From positions 1 to 51,079 of the IMG/VR virus record IMGVR_UViG_3300028198_000454: a stretch of DNA of 51,079 nucleotides. One strand, written 5' to 3'. The stretch's first letter is position 1, and every line of letters begins with the position of its first letter. Below are positions 35,810 through 44,978 of this stretch, one piece after another. The notes under the pieces are model-generated. The model worked only from the letters and a program-made list of their open reading frames with translations. It did not search any database and was not told where the DNA came from. Source of the DNA: a virus. Taxonomy: Duplodnaviria; Caudoviricetes. Position numbers and translations under genes: made by a program.

Positions 35810-37723
35810 TCAAAAGCTTTGTGAAAAATATTCTTTTATCTTATCGCAAACATAATCTACATCCTCCACGTCCATTCCGTGGTGGGCGCCTAGTAGGAAT
35901 CCGTTTTTCATTACTAGGTCGGCGTTCTTAAACTCTTGTAAATATTGCCTGTATATTGGGTGTCTGGTCACGTTTCCGGCAAAGGTCACTCTAGTCTGTA
36001 CTCTATTATCTTCGAGATAGTTTAAAAGATCTAATCTATTTTCGCACTGCAATGGGATAGCTAGCCAATTTGGCTTAATGCTGTCATCTGGTAAAATGAT
36101 TTGCTCTACATCTTTTAGATTTTCTAGGTACCTTTCGATATTTTCTCTCCTCTTGTTTTTAAAGGCTTGGAATCTTTGGAGCTGTACAAGCCCGAAAGCA
36201 GCATTCATCTCACTGCATTTCATATTGTATCCAAGTACTCCATAAAGGAATTTATAGTCGTAAGGTATCCCGTCTATATCGTGAGAAAAGCGCTCTGACA
36301 TTACTTCGCTGTTATCTCCGATTCTGCCCCAGTCTCTATACATCAAACATTTTTTGACATGGTCTTCGTTGTTGAACATCACCATACCCCCTGTGCCTCC
36401 TGCGGTTATTACGTGAGACGCGTAAAAGCTAGTAGTGGATATATCGGAATCTTCTGTGTGAGTAACGGTATCCGCCGAGTCTTCTATCACTATAATGTCG
36501 TCCCTACCAATCTTTTGAAGCTCGGATTTCAGCCCTTTCCAATTAGGCTTATTGCCTATTAAGTTGGGAATCATAACCGCTTTTACTTCGTCTGTCACAG
36601 CTTCTATTACATCTGAGACTTCTGGTACGTAGGAGGTGGGGTTAGAATCTACAAACACGGGCTCAAGTCCTAGTTGGACTATAGGAGCTAGGGTTGTAGA
36701 AAAGGTTAAGGCTGGAGTGATGATCTTTGTACCTTTAGGCAAGTCTAGTGAAGCGATAGCTAATAGGCAAGCAGAGGAGCCAGAGTTTACGAATACTCCG
36801 TATTTCTTACCGAACTCTTTAGCTATTTTTTCTTCGAACATTTTTGAGCGTGGACCAAAACCAGCTAGCCAGCCGTCTCTAAGACATTCGTCTACAGCTT
36901 TTATTTCTTCTTCCCCGTAAGATTCAAACTTGTTAGGGGCATACCAGATTTTTTTAGTACCTTCTTCTCTATCGAGTTTTAATCCTGACTTTATTTGCTT
37001 TATAATTTCCATTCTTGTGTTATTTGGTAATCCGGGAATGTGGAGCATGAAGTCTCCTTCGTTCCATCTGCCGTCTCTGCCTTTATAATCTAGCCCCTGC
37101 TGGTGAAACTTACTGGGGTACACGTTATAAACGTAGGAGTTCATAGCTTTCTGAGGAAGTTCTTTTACGAAATCTTGATACTCCGGTTTAATTTCAGACT
37201 GAAACATTGTGCCTTTGCATTCCATAATAAATGCCCCTTGTTCCGCCCAAGCTGCAGCGCCTCCGTCTCTTAGTACGTACCCAAAAGATTTATTCTTACC
37301 TTCTTCGTCTACATAATCGTCAAATTGGGAGATAATTTTCCTCAGAAACTCTTTGCATCTGTCGGAGTTTCGAGCAAGAAAACAGTCTATGTTCCAATCC
37401 CAAATATCACAGCTAACAATTAAATGATAATCTTCGTCGATTAAAGACTCTAGTTTTATATCAAAATTAGTAACTAGGGTATCCGTTCCTGTCCAGAAAA
37501 CCCAATCATATCCTTGTTCGAAAAGGTCTAAAAGCATTGGTAGTTTGGCGAAACCAAAATGCTTTATACCTTTAGTCCCGAAGCTTCCAAAATCTTCTGT
37601 GTTGACTTTTAAATCGTAGCCGTGCTTTTCACAATAGGCTTTTTTGTTTTTGTAAATTGTCTCATCCGCCATTTCAAGAATAGCTGGATTATCATCGTGT
37701 AGTGCTGCTATTGCTATTTTCAT
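35810..37723 (-). CDS. GT34-like glycosyltransferase fused to DegT-family PLP-dependent sugar 3-dehydratase
   Basis: N-half: KAYCEKHGY, DWVFW...D, EQ, GDF.LH.PG. C-half: VNSGSSA, EDSAD, SFYASHVIT. Confidence 0.85.
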   Translation of the reverse strand: MKIAIAALHDDNPAILEMADETIYKNKKAYCEKHGYDLKVNTEDFGSFGTKGIKHFGFAKLPMLLDLFEQGYDWVFWTGTDTLVTNFDIKLESLIDEDYHLIVSCDIWDWNIDCFLARNSDRCKEFLRKIISQFDDYVDEEGKNKSFGYVLRDGGAAAWAEQGAFIMECKGTMFQSEIKPEYQDFVKELPQKAMNSYVYNVYPSKFHQQGLDYKGRDGRWNEGDFMLHIPGLPNNTRMEIIKQIKSGLKLDREEGTKKIWYAPNKFESYGEEEIKAVDECLRDGWLAGFGPRSKMFEEKIAKEFGKKYGVFVNSGSSACLLAIASLDLPKGTKIITPALTFSTTLAPIVQLGLEPVFVDSNPTSYVPEVSDVIEAVTDEVKAVMIPNLIGNKPNWKGLKSELQKIGRDDIIVIEDSADTVTHTEDSDISTTSFYASHVITAGGTGGMVMFNNEDHVKKCLMYRDWGRIGDNSEVMSERFSHDIDGIPYDYKFLYGVLGYNMKCSEMNAAFGLVQLQRFQAFKNKRRENIERYLENLKDVEQIILPDDSIKPNWLAIPLQCENRLDLLNYLEDNRVQTRVTFAGNVTRHPIYRQYLQEFKNADLVMKNGFLLGAHHGMDVEDVDYVCDKIKEYFSQSF

Positions 37724-38448
37724 TTAAAATAAATAATTCTATTGCTGAAGGGGTAAATATAATTAGCTGCGTGTATGCCGATTTCCACGTAGCAAACTTT
37801 TCCTAAGCCCGTCGCTATAGAACAAGGCAAGGATTCGTTACCTAAAAAAACATCATACTCGTTAATCTTATTCATTAAGTCTAGCCCAGAGGGAGCCTCG
37901 TAAAAGTCAAACTCTCTCTTTGTTAGGTTCTTAAAGTCTTCATACTCTTCTTGTATTCCGACAAAAGTTATATCTTCGTCATTGAAGCATTTTAAAAAAG
38001 TTTTATAAAATTGAAGAGACTTGTTACTCCCTCTATAGCGCATGCTTCTAGAGACGCAAAGCTTCTTTCTTTTAGGTAGGGAGTTTTCTTTTTCCTCTCC
38101 GTCTTTAGTAAAAAGCCAAGGATCGTTTAAGAAAGGAGAGTTTAACGGAATGTCAAATTTAGAGGCATGGTAATCAACGAGATTAGTGCCGACTACAACC
38201 TGCTTGTTTTCTGGATGTAGCCCGTAGTTTACATCAAAGTTAGGAAACGGATCCTTGTCGCTGTGTATTTCAAATTCTTTTATAAAATCTTGAGACTCAA
38301 AAATTCCTTTTAAGAATTCTGCACTTTTTAAATTGAATTTAGTAGAGCCGTAATCAGATAAGATAACTTTTTCGTACCCTAGAAATTTAAGCATCTGCAT
38401 CGAGTAGATGCAATCTCCCATATCCATTCCCATGAACGCGGTTTTCAT
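37720..38448 (-). CDS. GT9-like glycosyltransferase
   Basis: MGDCIYS, FLGNESLP.SIA.GLG. Confidence 0.6.
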   Translation of the reverse strand: MKTAFMGMDMGDCIYSMQMLKFLGYEKVILSDYGSTKFNLKSAEFLKGIFESQDFIKEFEIHSDKDPFPNFDVNYGLHPENKQVVVGTNLVDYHASKFDIPLNSPFLNDPWLFTKDGEEKENSLPKRKKLCVSRSMRYRGSNKSLQFYKTFLKCFNDEDITFVGIQEEYEDFKNLTKREFDFYEAPSGLDLMNKINEYDVFLGNESLPCSIATGLGKVCYVEIGIHAANYIYPFSNRIIYFK

Positions 38449-38449
38449 C

Positions 38450-38998
38450 TTACTTTAGTAGTTCTTCTATAGCGGAGAAGATTTCAAGAGGTCTTATATT
38501 GTTTATGCAGGGAATTTTCTCCCGGTTAGAGTAGCTAGGCCTCGCGGTGTTTAGGGGAGCTTGTATAAGTTTTAATTTTTTCATCTTAGTGAAAAAGGGA
38601 TAACACTGCTCCTTGTACGTGTGAGAATAGATGACTACGCTGGGGATTTCAAAGCAGGAAGCTAGGTGGACAGGGAAGCTGTCTATTCCAACATGAGCTT
38701 TTGCTCTCTTTATTAAGTAGGCTGACTGGTTAAAGCTGGTTTTACCTATATAGTTAAGAGTGTTGTTGTACTTTTTATTATCTTTGCCAGCTCCTATTTG
38801 AGCTATGCTAAGTTCAGGATAATTAGCCTTGATCGTATCTATAACCTCCTGCCAAAAATCGTATGATTTAGATTCGAAGTCTTGCGCTCCGTGAAAAGTT
38901 ATATAATCCCCGTCTGGGACCTCACATCGCTCTTGCTCTATAAAAGGGTAGTCTATTTTTAGCCCACAATTTAGAGCATAACATTCAAGAAAGTGCAT
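38450..38998 (-). CDS. GT9-like glycosyltransferase, C-terminal half
   Basis: KSYDFW, QIG, HVGIDSFPVHLA. Confidence 0.8.
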   Translation of the reverse strand: MHFLECYALNCGLKIDYPFIEQERCEVPDGDYITFHGAQDFESKSYDFWQEVIDTIKANYPELSIAQIGAGKDNKKYNNTLNYIGKTSFNQSAYLIKRAKAHVGIDSFPVHLASCFEIPSVVIYSHTYKEQCYPFFTKMKKLKLIQAPLNTARPSYSNREKIPCINNIRPLEIFSAIEELLK

Positions 38999-39344
38999 AT
39001 TCGTAAGAGTCTTTAAAGGTTGTTATGGGGTAAGCTATTTTCGTGTGGTTGTTGTGTTGGTAAGTCATGATAGATTGAGAATTAAGATAAGGAAGGTAGG
39101 CTATTTCGTACTCTCCTTTTCTTTCCCCAATACCCTCCATGTGAAATATGTTTCTCATATAGTCTTGGTACTCTATCACTTCGTCTACATAAGGGTTCCC
39201 TTTAAGGATATCGAAATATATTCTTTCGGTGGCGAAGTAGAGCTTGCAGTCCGGGTAAAGCTCTTTTATAGAGCGCAAAAGAGACGTGCTGCAAAGCACA
39301 TCTCCCGCTGACCTTGGCATTGCAAATAAAATTTTACCTGTCAT
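38985..39344 (-). CDS. GT9-like glycosyltransferase, N-terminal half
   Basis: SAGDVLCST.LLR.IK..YP, NPYVDEVI. Confidence 0.8.
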   Translation of the reverse strand: MTGKILFAMPRSAGDVLCSTSLLRSIKELYPDCKLYFATERIYFDILKGNPYVDEVIEYQDYMRNIFHMEGIGERKGEYEIAYLPYLNSQSIMTYQHNNHTKIAYPITTFKDSYEYALS

Positions 39345-39669
39345 CTATATGTCTTTTTCCCCCTCTTTTCTTTGAGTTTTTATCGAAAAACTTTTGTTTT
39401 ACGGGGTCTTTACCTTGGTTCTGCTGTTCTCTTTTAGCGGACATTTCCGCTGAATGATCCCAGAGCTCTCCGTAGGTTTTAGCTTTAGTCTTCTCTACGA
39501 AATCAGCCTCTGAGCCAGCATCTATTTTTGTATCTATGGAGGCGTGAGGGATAGTGTAGATTCTGTCATAGGCAACTCCGTCAACTTCGTACTCGTGAGC
39601 TTCGTGGACGCTTTGAAGGACAGAAATTTGCTCTTTAGTTTCTGGGTTTTCATATATATATTCAGGCAT
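39334..39669 (-). CDS. FmdB-like hypothetical protein
   Basis: MPEYIY start resembles the FmdB family but lacks cysteines. Confidence 0.6.
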   Translation of the reverse strand: MPEYIYENPETKEQISVLQSVHEAHEYEVDGVAYDRIYTIPHASIDTKIDAGSEADFVEKTKAKTYGELWDHSAEMSAKREQQNQGKDPVKQKFFDKNSKKRGGKRHIDDR

Positions 39670-40761
39670 CTATACTTCCTCGACGATTTTTAATATTGAG
39701 TCCGCAGTCTTCTTGTACGAAAAAAGATCTTGAAGGTAAACCCCATCTTCGTTCAAGGGGTTAGATTTATATCTTTCAATAGCTTCTTCGCAAGCGTTAA
39801 TAAATTCATCGTCATCGAATACGAATGTGCCACCTTGGTTAAAAGGCTGTCCTTTGTTAAAGAAGATTCCATCATATACCTCTCTTTTTCCGCTGGGCTC
39901 AACCAAGATCGAATTTTTTTCCGTAGCCCAGTCTTTATATCCTGTCGCGTTGAGTATGACAGCATGCTTGCCTAAAGCGACCGACTGAAACTCGGGCAGT
40001 CCCCATCCTTCTCCGCCAGACATTCCTAATATTATGTTGGCAGAGTTTAAATAATCGTTATATAAACTGTTCTTTTGCATACTCCCGAGAAAGTTCACAT
40101 TAAAGTAGGACTTACCCTCAAGTATTTCGTTTACTAGTCTAGAGAAATCTTCTTGTTTTAAGAAAGGATTTGAGATTGCACATTGAAGAACGTAGTCTTT
40201 ACTGTTCCCGTATTTCTTTACCCAAGATTGGATGACTTGCTTATGATTTTTTCGTTTTTCAAGCTTCCCTGTTAAATTAAAAACTATCTTATCTTTTAGA
40301 TAGGGTTGGTCTTTTATTTTAAAATTATGAGAATCAAAGCCTAGGGGTACGGTTGACACATCGTCTACTCCGCTTCTCTTAAATGTCTCTGTTGAATAAG
40401 AAGAAGAAAAAATAAGCTTATTGTTTTTCGCTATATTTTTTTCCGTAGAAGTAACTTCGTCTAGTTCGTGAAACGAAAAAAGAATTTGTTTTTCGCTAAA
40501 GGACTCTAAGCTCCCACTTAAATGCCAAAGCTTGAATGTGGGGTTCTCCCTAGAGTGCTGTTCGTGCCTTTTGTTTAGGCAGGAAGTCATCCATTTTTGA
40601 AAATCATCACTAAGATCGTCCTGAGCGGACAGGTCATATTGATCAGAAATTGGAAATAGACAAGGTTGTAACCCCCTTGCATGAAATTCACGCAAGAGGG
40701 CTACGCTCACCTGACCAAAGCTAACAGAGTTGATCGGTAAGTGTAAGGAGAAGTCTCGCAT
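39670..40761 (-). CDS. GT4-like glycosyltransferase
   Basis: VPLGFD, GKLEKRKN, GEGWGLP. Confidence 0.85.
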   Translation of the reverse strand: MRDFSLHLPINSVSFGQVSVALLREFHARGLQPCLFPISDQYDLSAQDDLSDDFQKWMTSCLNKRHEQHSRENPTFKLWHLSGSLESFSEKQILFSFHELDEVTSTEKNIAKNNKLIFSSSYSTETFKRSGVDDVSTVPLGFDSHNFKIKDQPYLKDKIVFNLTGKLEKRKNHKQVIQSWVKKYGNSKDYVLQCAISNPFLKQEDFSRLVNEILEGKSYFNVNFLGSMQKNSLYNDYLNSANIILGMSGGEGWGLPEFQSVALGKHAVILNATGYKDWATEKNSILVEPSGKREVYDGIFFNKGQPFNQGGTFVFDDDEFINACEEAIERYKSNPLNEDGVYLQDLFSYKKTADSILKIVEEV

Positions 40762-41090
40762 TAAAACAAAACTTCTTCCTCTGTCTCAGGAAGAGACGCC
40801 GCTACGGCCTCTTTAGTAGCTTCCTGAGCTTGAGGTTTAGTAGAAGAACTCTTGCCCTCGGCAGATTCAGAGAGATAAACTCTGAAGTCGGGAGCCTTTT
40901 CGTTCCTTACTTTCCCGTTTTCGTCCTTCTTGCCTGTGTTCTCGAAAATAACCACTTTGGTATTTTCAGAGGCATTAGGATTGATAGAAACGTGCCCAGT
41001 CATATACTTCTGACCTCTTGCACTTTTCTGTACCCAAAGAGCACCAACTTCGCGCTCTTTCCACTCATTACGTTTTTCGTTATCGGACAT
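40761..41090 (-). CDS. putative single-stranded DNA-binding protein (DUF736-like)
   Basis: VGALW...G.KYMTG...PDFRVY, acidic tail EEEVLF. Confidence 0.6.
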   Translation of the reverse strand: MSDNEKRNEWKEREVGALWVQKSARGQKYMTGHVSINPNASENTKVVIFENTGKKDENGKVRNEKAPDFRVYLSESAEGKSSSTKPQAQEATKEAVAASLPETEEEVLF

Positions 41091-41124
41091 AGTTCGTATC
41101 GTATGTATTACTCATACGGCTTTT

Positions 41125-41153
41125 ATTATGTTGCAATTCTGGTTGCTTGTCAA
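41125..41153 (-). promoter_or_regulatory. sigma70 promoter
   Basis: TTGACA-17-CATAAT with upstream A-tract. Confidence 0.75.
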
Positions 41154-41172
41154 ACTTTTTTTTAAGAAAAAA

Positions 41173-41781
41173 TTATTTCGCCAGTTTTATCTTTTTCTTT
41201 AGGAAATTTAGACCTTTTGTGTGGAGGTTGATTATTGTTTGAGAGCTTAGTTTGAATTCTTTTGAGATGTTTTTCCACGTTGGAGCCTTTCTTTTTTCGG
41301 GATTGTATCTCTTCTTAAAGATTCTAACGATTCTTTTGTCTGGGTGTTTTTCGAGAAGGGTTATTGTTTCGGAATAATTTATAGAAGATTCTTTTTTGAG
41401 ATGCTTGCCGTCTTGGTTTGCTAGATCGTCTAGTTCGGACGAGTCTTCTTTGAAGTCGAGCATTTTGTAAGCTTTATTTTTATCAAGAGAGTTATTTAGA
41501 AAATAAAATTTAGTTTTATTTCCAAGCCATGTTATATATTTTATATTTTTATCTCTATTGAAAGTTTTGGCCGCATCGTAAACCATAAAGAATGATTGAT
41601 TTAGCATATCTTGCTTATTTATTTTATTTATATTAAAAAAGTTCTCAAACCTGTGGGTTTGCCTGTAAAACATATTCTTATATCTTTCGTGAAGCTCGAT
41701 TAAGCTTTCTTCGTCGTCATTTAGTTTTATATCCTCTATTAAATAGAGGTCCTTTAAGTGCTTAGGGTTTCTTCGCGCCAT
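41173..41781 (-). CDS. RNA polymerase sigma factor-like protein
   Basis: Region 2-like (AAKTFN..KNIKYITW) and region 4 HTH (TWKNISKEFKLSSQTI). Confidence 0.75.
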   Translation of the reverse strand: MARRNPKHLKDLYLIEDIKLNDDEESLIELHERYKNMFYRQTHRFENFFNINKINKQDMLNQSFFMVYDAAKTFNRDKNIKYITWLGNKTKFYFLNNSLDKNKAYKMLDFKEDSSELDDLANQDGKHLKKESSINYSETITLLEKHPDKRIVRIFKKRYNPEKRKAPTWKNISKEFKLSSQTIINLHTKGLNFLKKKIKLAK

Positions 41782-42191
41782 AATTTTACAGTTTCTTCAA
41801 ATTCAGCAAAAGAATATTTTTCGCCGCCGTCAAAGCTTAATATAAAGCGATGGTGCGGTAAGAAAAATGAAGGGATGGAAGTAACTTTATCAAGGACATC
41901 TTCTATAGAATCGAAGAAGTCCATATCGTTTATAACATCAGTTCTCACCCCTAAATCATCATAATTATATAAATGAATCCCTAAAACATAAACATTTTCT
42001 TCGGTGCCGTCATCGAGAAAATAAGGGATCATGCTGAAAAGCCTGACAAAATAGTAAAATTCCCTATCCGCACTATTCGTAAAATGGTGCAGATAGGAAG
42101 TATTTTTAAAATTTATTCTAGCGTCTACTCCAATGTTAGCGAATATTGGGTAGCAGTCACCGTTAATTTTATTTTTTATGTCATTTTTCAA
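41754..42191 (-). CDS. hypothetical protein
   Basis: 145 aa ORF, coupled to neighbours. Confidence 0.7.
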   Translation of the reverse strand: MKNDIKNKINGDCYPIFANIGVDARINFKNTSYLHHFTNSADREFYYFVRLFSMIPYFLDDGTEENVYVLGIHLYNYDDLGVRTDVINDMDFFDSIEDVLDKVTSIPSFFLPHHRFILSFDGGEKYSFAEFEETVKLWREETLST

Positions 42192-42786
42192 TGTAGTTTT
42201 TTACAAACCATTTTAAAAATTTATTAGAATATTTTTTTTGTTTTGAAACGTCCGTTGGCCATGAAAAGGAGTAGTTCGATTTATTATTTAAATTTTTATC
42301 GTTTCTTTTTTCGTATTCGTTGTCGGGTAAGATGTAAATTCTTTGTCCGTTTTCTTCGAAAAACCTAGAAATATGCACAATTATCCCACCGTTTGACTGT
42401 ATCCAGTTAACCTCATCGCATGCGTATTCACAAAACCTAACATCCGTTATTATATTAATTTTATTTTCGTCTAACAAGTCTTTTATTCCGTCAATCCAAT
42501 ATTTTCCCTCCGTTTTTTCTCTCATTATAGCTCCGTGGGCCAATAAAAGCGGCCGAATTAAGTTCTTTTCGTCGCGAGAACAATTAGTGGGATCTATATT
42601 GTAAAGTTTTTTAGATATCGCCGCTGTCTCAGATTTTAACTTCTTGGCGAAAGATAAATAATTAACTTCTGTTCCGTTTTCCGAGAAAACATTACCGATA
42701 AGCTTAGCAAACGTGTCCTTGCCGCTTCCCGCTACGCCTGCAATACCTATAAGATTTACGTTTATTTTCGTTTCGTTAACAATCAT
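42181..42786 (-). CDS. deoxynucleoside monophosphate kinase
   Basis: IGIAGVAGSGKDT, SFA..LK, ITDVRF; start taken at MIVNE. Confidence 0.85.
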   Translation of the reverse strand: MIVNETKINVNLIGIAGVAGSGKDTFAKLIGNVFSENGTEVNYLSFAKKLKSETAAISKKLYNIDPTNCSRDEKNLIRPLLLAHGAIMREKTEGKYWIDGIKDLLDENKINIITDVRFCEYACDEVNWIQSNGGIIVHISRFFEENGQRIYILPDNEYEKRNDKNLNNKSNYSFSWPTDVSKQKKYSNKFLKWFVKNYIEK

Positions 42787-43160
42787 TACGTTAGATTCTG
42801 TATCGTATCGTTTATTATTAAGAATAATAAACTTTCCTTTAAAAGTATCCTTGTCGAAGACAAGGAGACTTTTCCCGTTTCGCGCTAACTCAAAAAAAAT
42901 GAGATTATTCGAAACGACCGGTTCTCTTACTTTCCTCTTAAATTCCCGGATCAGTTTTTTAGGGGTAGGGGGAGGTCTCCCGCCCATATTCTGATTACCT
43001 TAACCTCTCTGTTATCCGTTTATATCAGGTACGTCGGAAATTAATCCTTCTCCCTCGCTCTGCGATAACTTCCCGCGGGTGTAAAGTCTCCAACAAACAT
43101 AGCCGCGCATTTAGAGAACGGGAGCGAGCAGCAAATACGGAGCTCGCCAGTCCGGAGTTC

Positions 43161-43189
43161 AACCTAAAACGTTTCTGGTTTCATGTCAA
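43161..43189 (-). promoter_or_regulatory. leftward sigma70-type promoter at the strand switch
   Basis: TTGACA-17-TAGGTT. Confidence 0.55.
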
Positions 43190-43212
43190 CTCCTTTTTTT
43201 AGAAAAAAAATG

Positions 43213-43241
43213 TTGACTTCTCAAAAGAAAACGTTAATAAT
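43213..43241 (+). promoter_or_regulatory. rightward sigma70-type promoter
   Basis: TTGACT-17-AATAAT, 7 nt before the dUTPase ATG. Confidence 0.55.
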
Positions 43242-43248
43242 TTCTTTC

Positions 43249-43716
43249 ATGGAAATTAATTTTTCAAAAGTTTCTGATTTCGCAATCTGCCCCAGCCAAA
43301 ATACAGACACGGATGCAGGGTATGATCTTTACTCGACAGAGAACTGCTCGATTAATCCCCTAGAGAGAAGACTGGTGAGCTCCGGAATCAAAATAGAGAT
43401 CCCAAAAGGGTACTACGGAAGAATCGCTCCTAGAAGCGGGCTGGCGGTAAAAAAGGGAATAGACGTGATGGCCGGTGTAATAGATTCTGGTTACAGAGGA
43501 ATCGTTAAGGTTTTGTTAGTGAACCTCGGCCCTCAAAGTACAAGGAAATCCGCTTATGAAAACTTTTTTGGATCTCACGGGAAAGTCGACATAAAACAAG
43601 GAGATAGAATAGCTCAAATAATTATCGAAAAATGTCATTCGGTTACTTGGATAGAAAAAGAAGAGCTTTCAAGCTCAGAAAGAGATGATGGAGGCTTTGG
43701 AAGCAGCGGCTCTTAA
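43249..43716 (+). CDS. dut: dUTPase
   Basis: AGYDL, IAPRSGLA, GVIDSGYRG, GDRIAQ, R..GGFGSSG. Confidence 0.95.
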   Translation: MEINFSKVSDFAICPSQNTDTDAGYDLYSTENCSINPLERRLVSSGIKIEIPKGYYGRIAPRSGLAVKKGIDVMAGVIDSGYRGIVKVLLVNLGPQSTRKSAYENFFGSHGKVDIKQGDRIAQIIIEKCHSVTWIEKEELSSSERDDGGFGSSGS

Positions 43717-44059
43717 TCTTATCGCTCCCGTCGGATTAGTGTCGTCTTTTTTGTTTATTTGGTTTAAGACTGATTTCTTTTTATCTTATTTGAAATTATT
43801 TAATTTTAAATTTTCAGACTACGAAAACCAATCTTTTGAAAATCCTGACTTATTTTTCTTTGAGTACCTAGCTTGTAAAAACACTTCCTCTAAATTTAAA
43901 TTTTTTATTTTTAAGCTTTTCTCCTGTCCGTTTTGCCTTGCGGCTTGGGCTAGTTTATGTGTAAGTCTATTTTACAGCTTGAGTCTTGTTGGAATATATT
44001 ATGTTTTTTCTCTTTTTCTTTTTAAATACCTAGAAAACCTCTTTTTCGAAAATGATTGA
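43685..44059 (+). CDS. membrane protein with CPFC motif
   Basis: Hydrophobic segments, LFSCPFCL..W. Confidence 0.7.
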   Translation: MMEALEAAALNLIAPVGLVSSFLFIWFKTDFFLSYLKLFNFKFSDYENQSFENPDLFFFEYLACKNTSSKFKFFIFKLFSCPFCLAAWASLCVSLFYSLSLVGIYYVFSLFLFKYLENLFFEND

Positions 44060-44339
44060 AGTAAGAACAGGCCCCGAATTTAAAAATTTCCTCGACAACC
44101 TCGGGGGACAATACCCTAAAGATAATTTTATATCTAATTTTCTACACGCTTATCACAACGTTGGAGTGGGTTGCAGTTGCAAGAGGAAGGCTAGAATTAA
44201 AGCTGCCGAAGTCAGACATGGCGAAGCCCTCAGAAACCTCACCGAAGAATTCAAAAAAGCTGTCGCCGAAAAACACAAAGAAGAAACCATAAATTTTTAT
44301 CACAATAATGTATTAGTACTATCTATTAACAATGAATGA
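44052..44339 (+). CDS. hypothetical protein
   Basis: 95 aa, GCSC motif. Confidence 0.7.
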   Translation: MIEVRTGPEFKNFLDNLGGQYPKDNFISNFLHAYHNVGVGCSCKRKARIKAAEVRHGEALRNLTEEFKKAVAEKHKEETINFYHNNVLVLSINNE

Positions 44340-44535
44340 GCAGAAAATAGAATATAATAAAAAAATGATCGGACAAAAAGTCGAAGTAGTTGAGAATAAC
44401 TTTAGTTGGTCCGGAGAAATCAAAGACACTGTAGGGGATCACTCTTTTTTAATTAAAGACGAGTCAAATAGAGACAACGTCGTAAGTATGTTTGACGTGA
44501 GATCCCTAGAGATGTCCCACCTGTCCCAAGTCTGA
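44332..44535 (+). CDS. small beta-barrel protein (Sm/KOW-like, tentative)
   Basis: MIGQKVEV...WSGEI...FLIKD pattern. Confidence 0.6.
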   Translation: MNEQKIEYNKKMIGQKVEVVENNFSWSGEIKDTVGDHSFLIKDESNRDNVVSMFDVRSLEMSHLSQV

Positions 44536-44588
44536 GAATCTTTTTTTTAAAAAACCCTTTAAACAGGGACATTTTTTCTCTTTTCGAG

Positions 44589-44605
44589 TTGGCACGCAAC
44601 CTGCT
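44589..44605 (+). promoter_or_regulatory. sigma54 (-24/-12) promoter for hsp20
   Basis: TTGGCACGCAACCTGCT versus consensus YTGGCACGrNNNTTGCW. Confidence 0.75.
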
Positions 44606-44616
44606 AAATAGGTTAT

Positions 44617-44952
44617 ATGTTATTACATAATGATCCATACCGGCTGTTTGAAGACTTATTCTTTCAAGACCAACCACTCACCCCTTTTGTGAAAAAGGAC
44701 GACACATACGAAGCCTCTCTAGAAGTCCCGGGCTTTTCAAAGGAAAACCTAAAAATAGAAATAGAGGACGGATATCTCAAACTAAAAGGAGAAGCTGAAG
44801 TCGGCGGCAAAAAAAAGACTGTCAGCAAAACCTACGAACTGCCGCAGAAATCGGACACGAAGAATCTGTCCGCTACATTAAAAAACGGAATACTAGGGTT
44901 ATCCCTACCAAGAAAAGACAATTTAAGAAAATTGTCTATTAAAATAACTTGA
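44617..44952 (+). CDS. Hsp20/alpha-crystallin small heat-shock protein
   Basis: EVPGFSKENL, LP, ATLKNGIL.LSLP. Confidence 0.92.
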   Translation: MLLHNDPYRLFEDLFFQDQPLTPFVKKDDTYEASLEVPGFSKENLKIEIEDGYLKLKGEAEVGGKKKTVSKTYELPQKSDTKNLSATLKNGILGLSLPRKDNLRKLSIKIT

Positions 44953-44978
44953 CAAAACAGTATTTTGTTGATCGAATT

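Noticed and set aside
42787-42987. N-terminal extension of the dNMP kinase
   Set aside because: The P-loop normally lies near the N-terminus; the ATG at 42786 fits better.
2575-42994. The + strand ORFs of the track in this span (e.g. 5830-6195, 18759-19223, 24520-24888)
   Set aside because: Antisense shadows of well-supported - strand genes, with no motifs.
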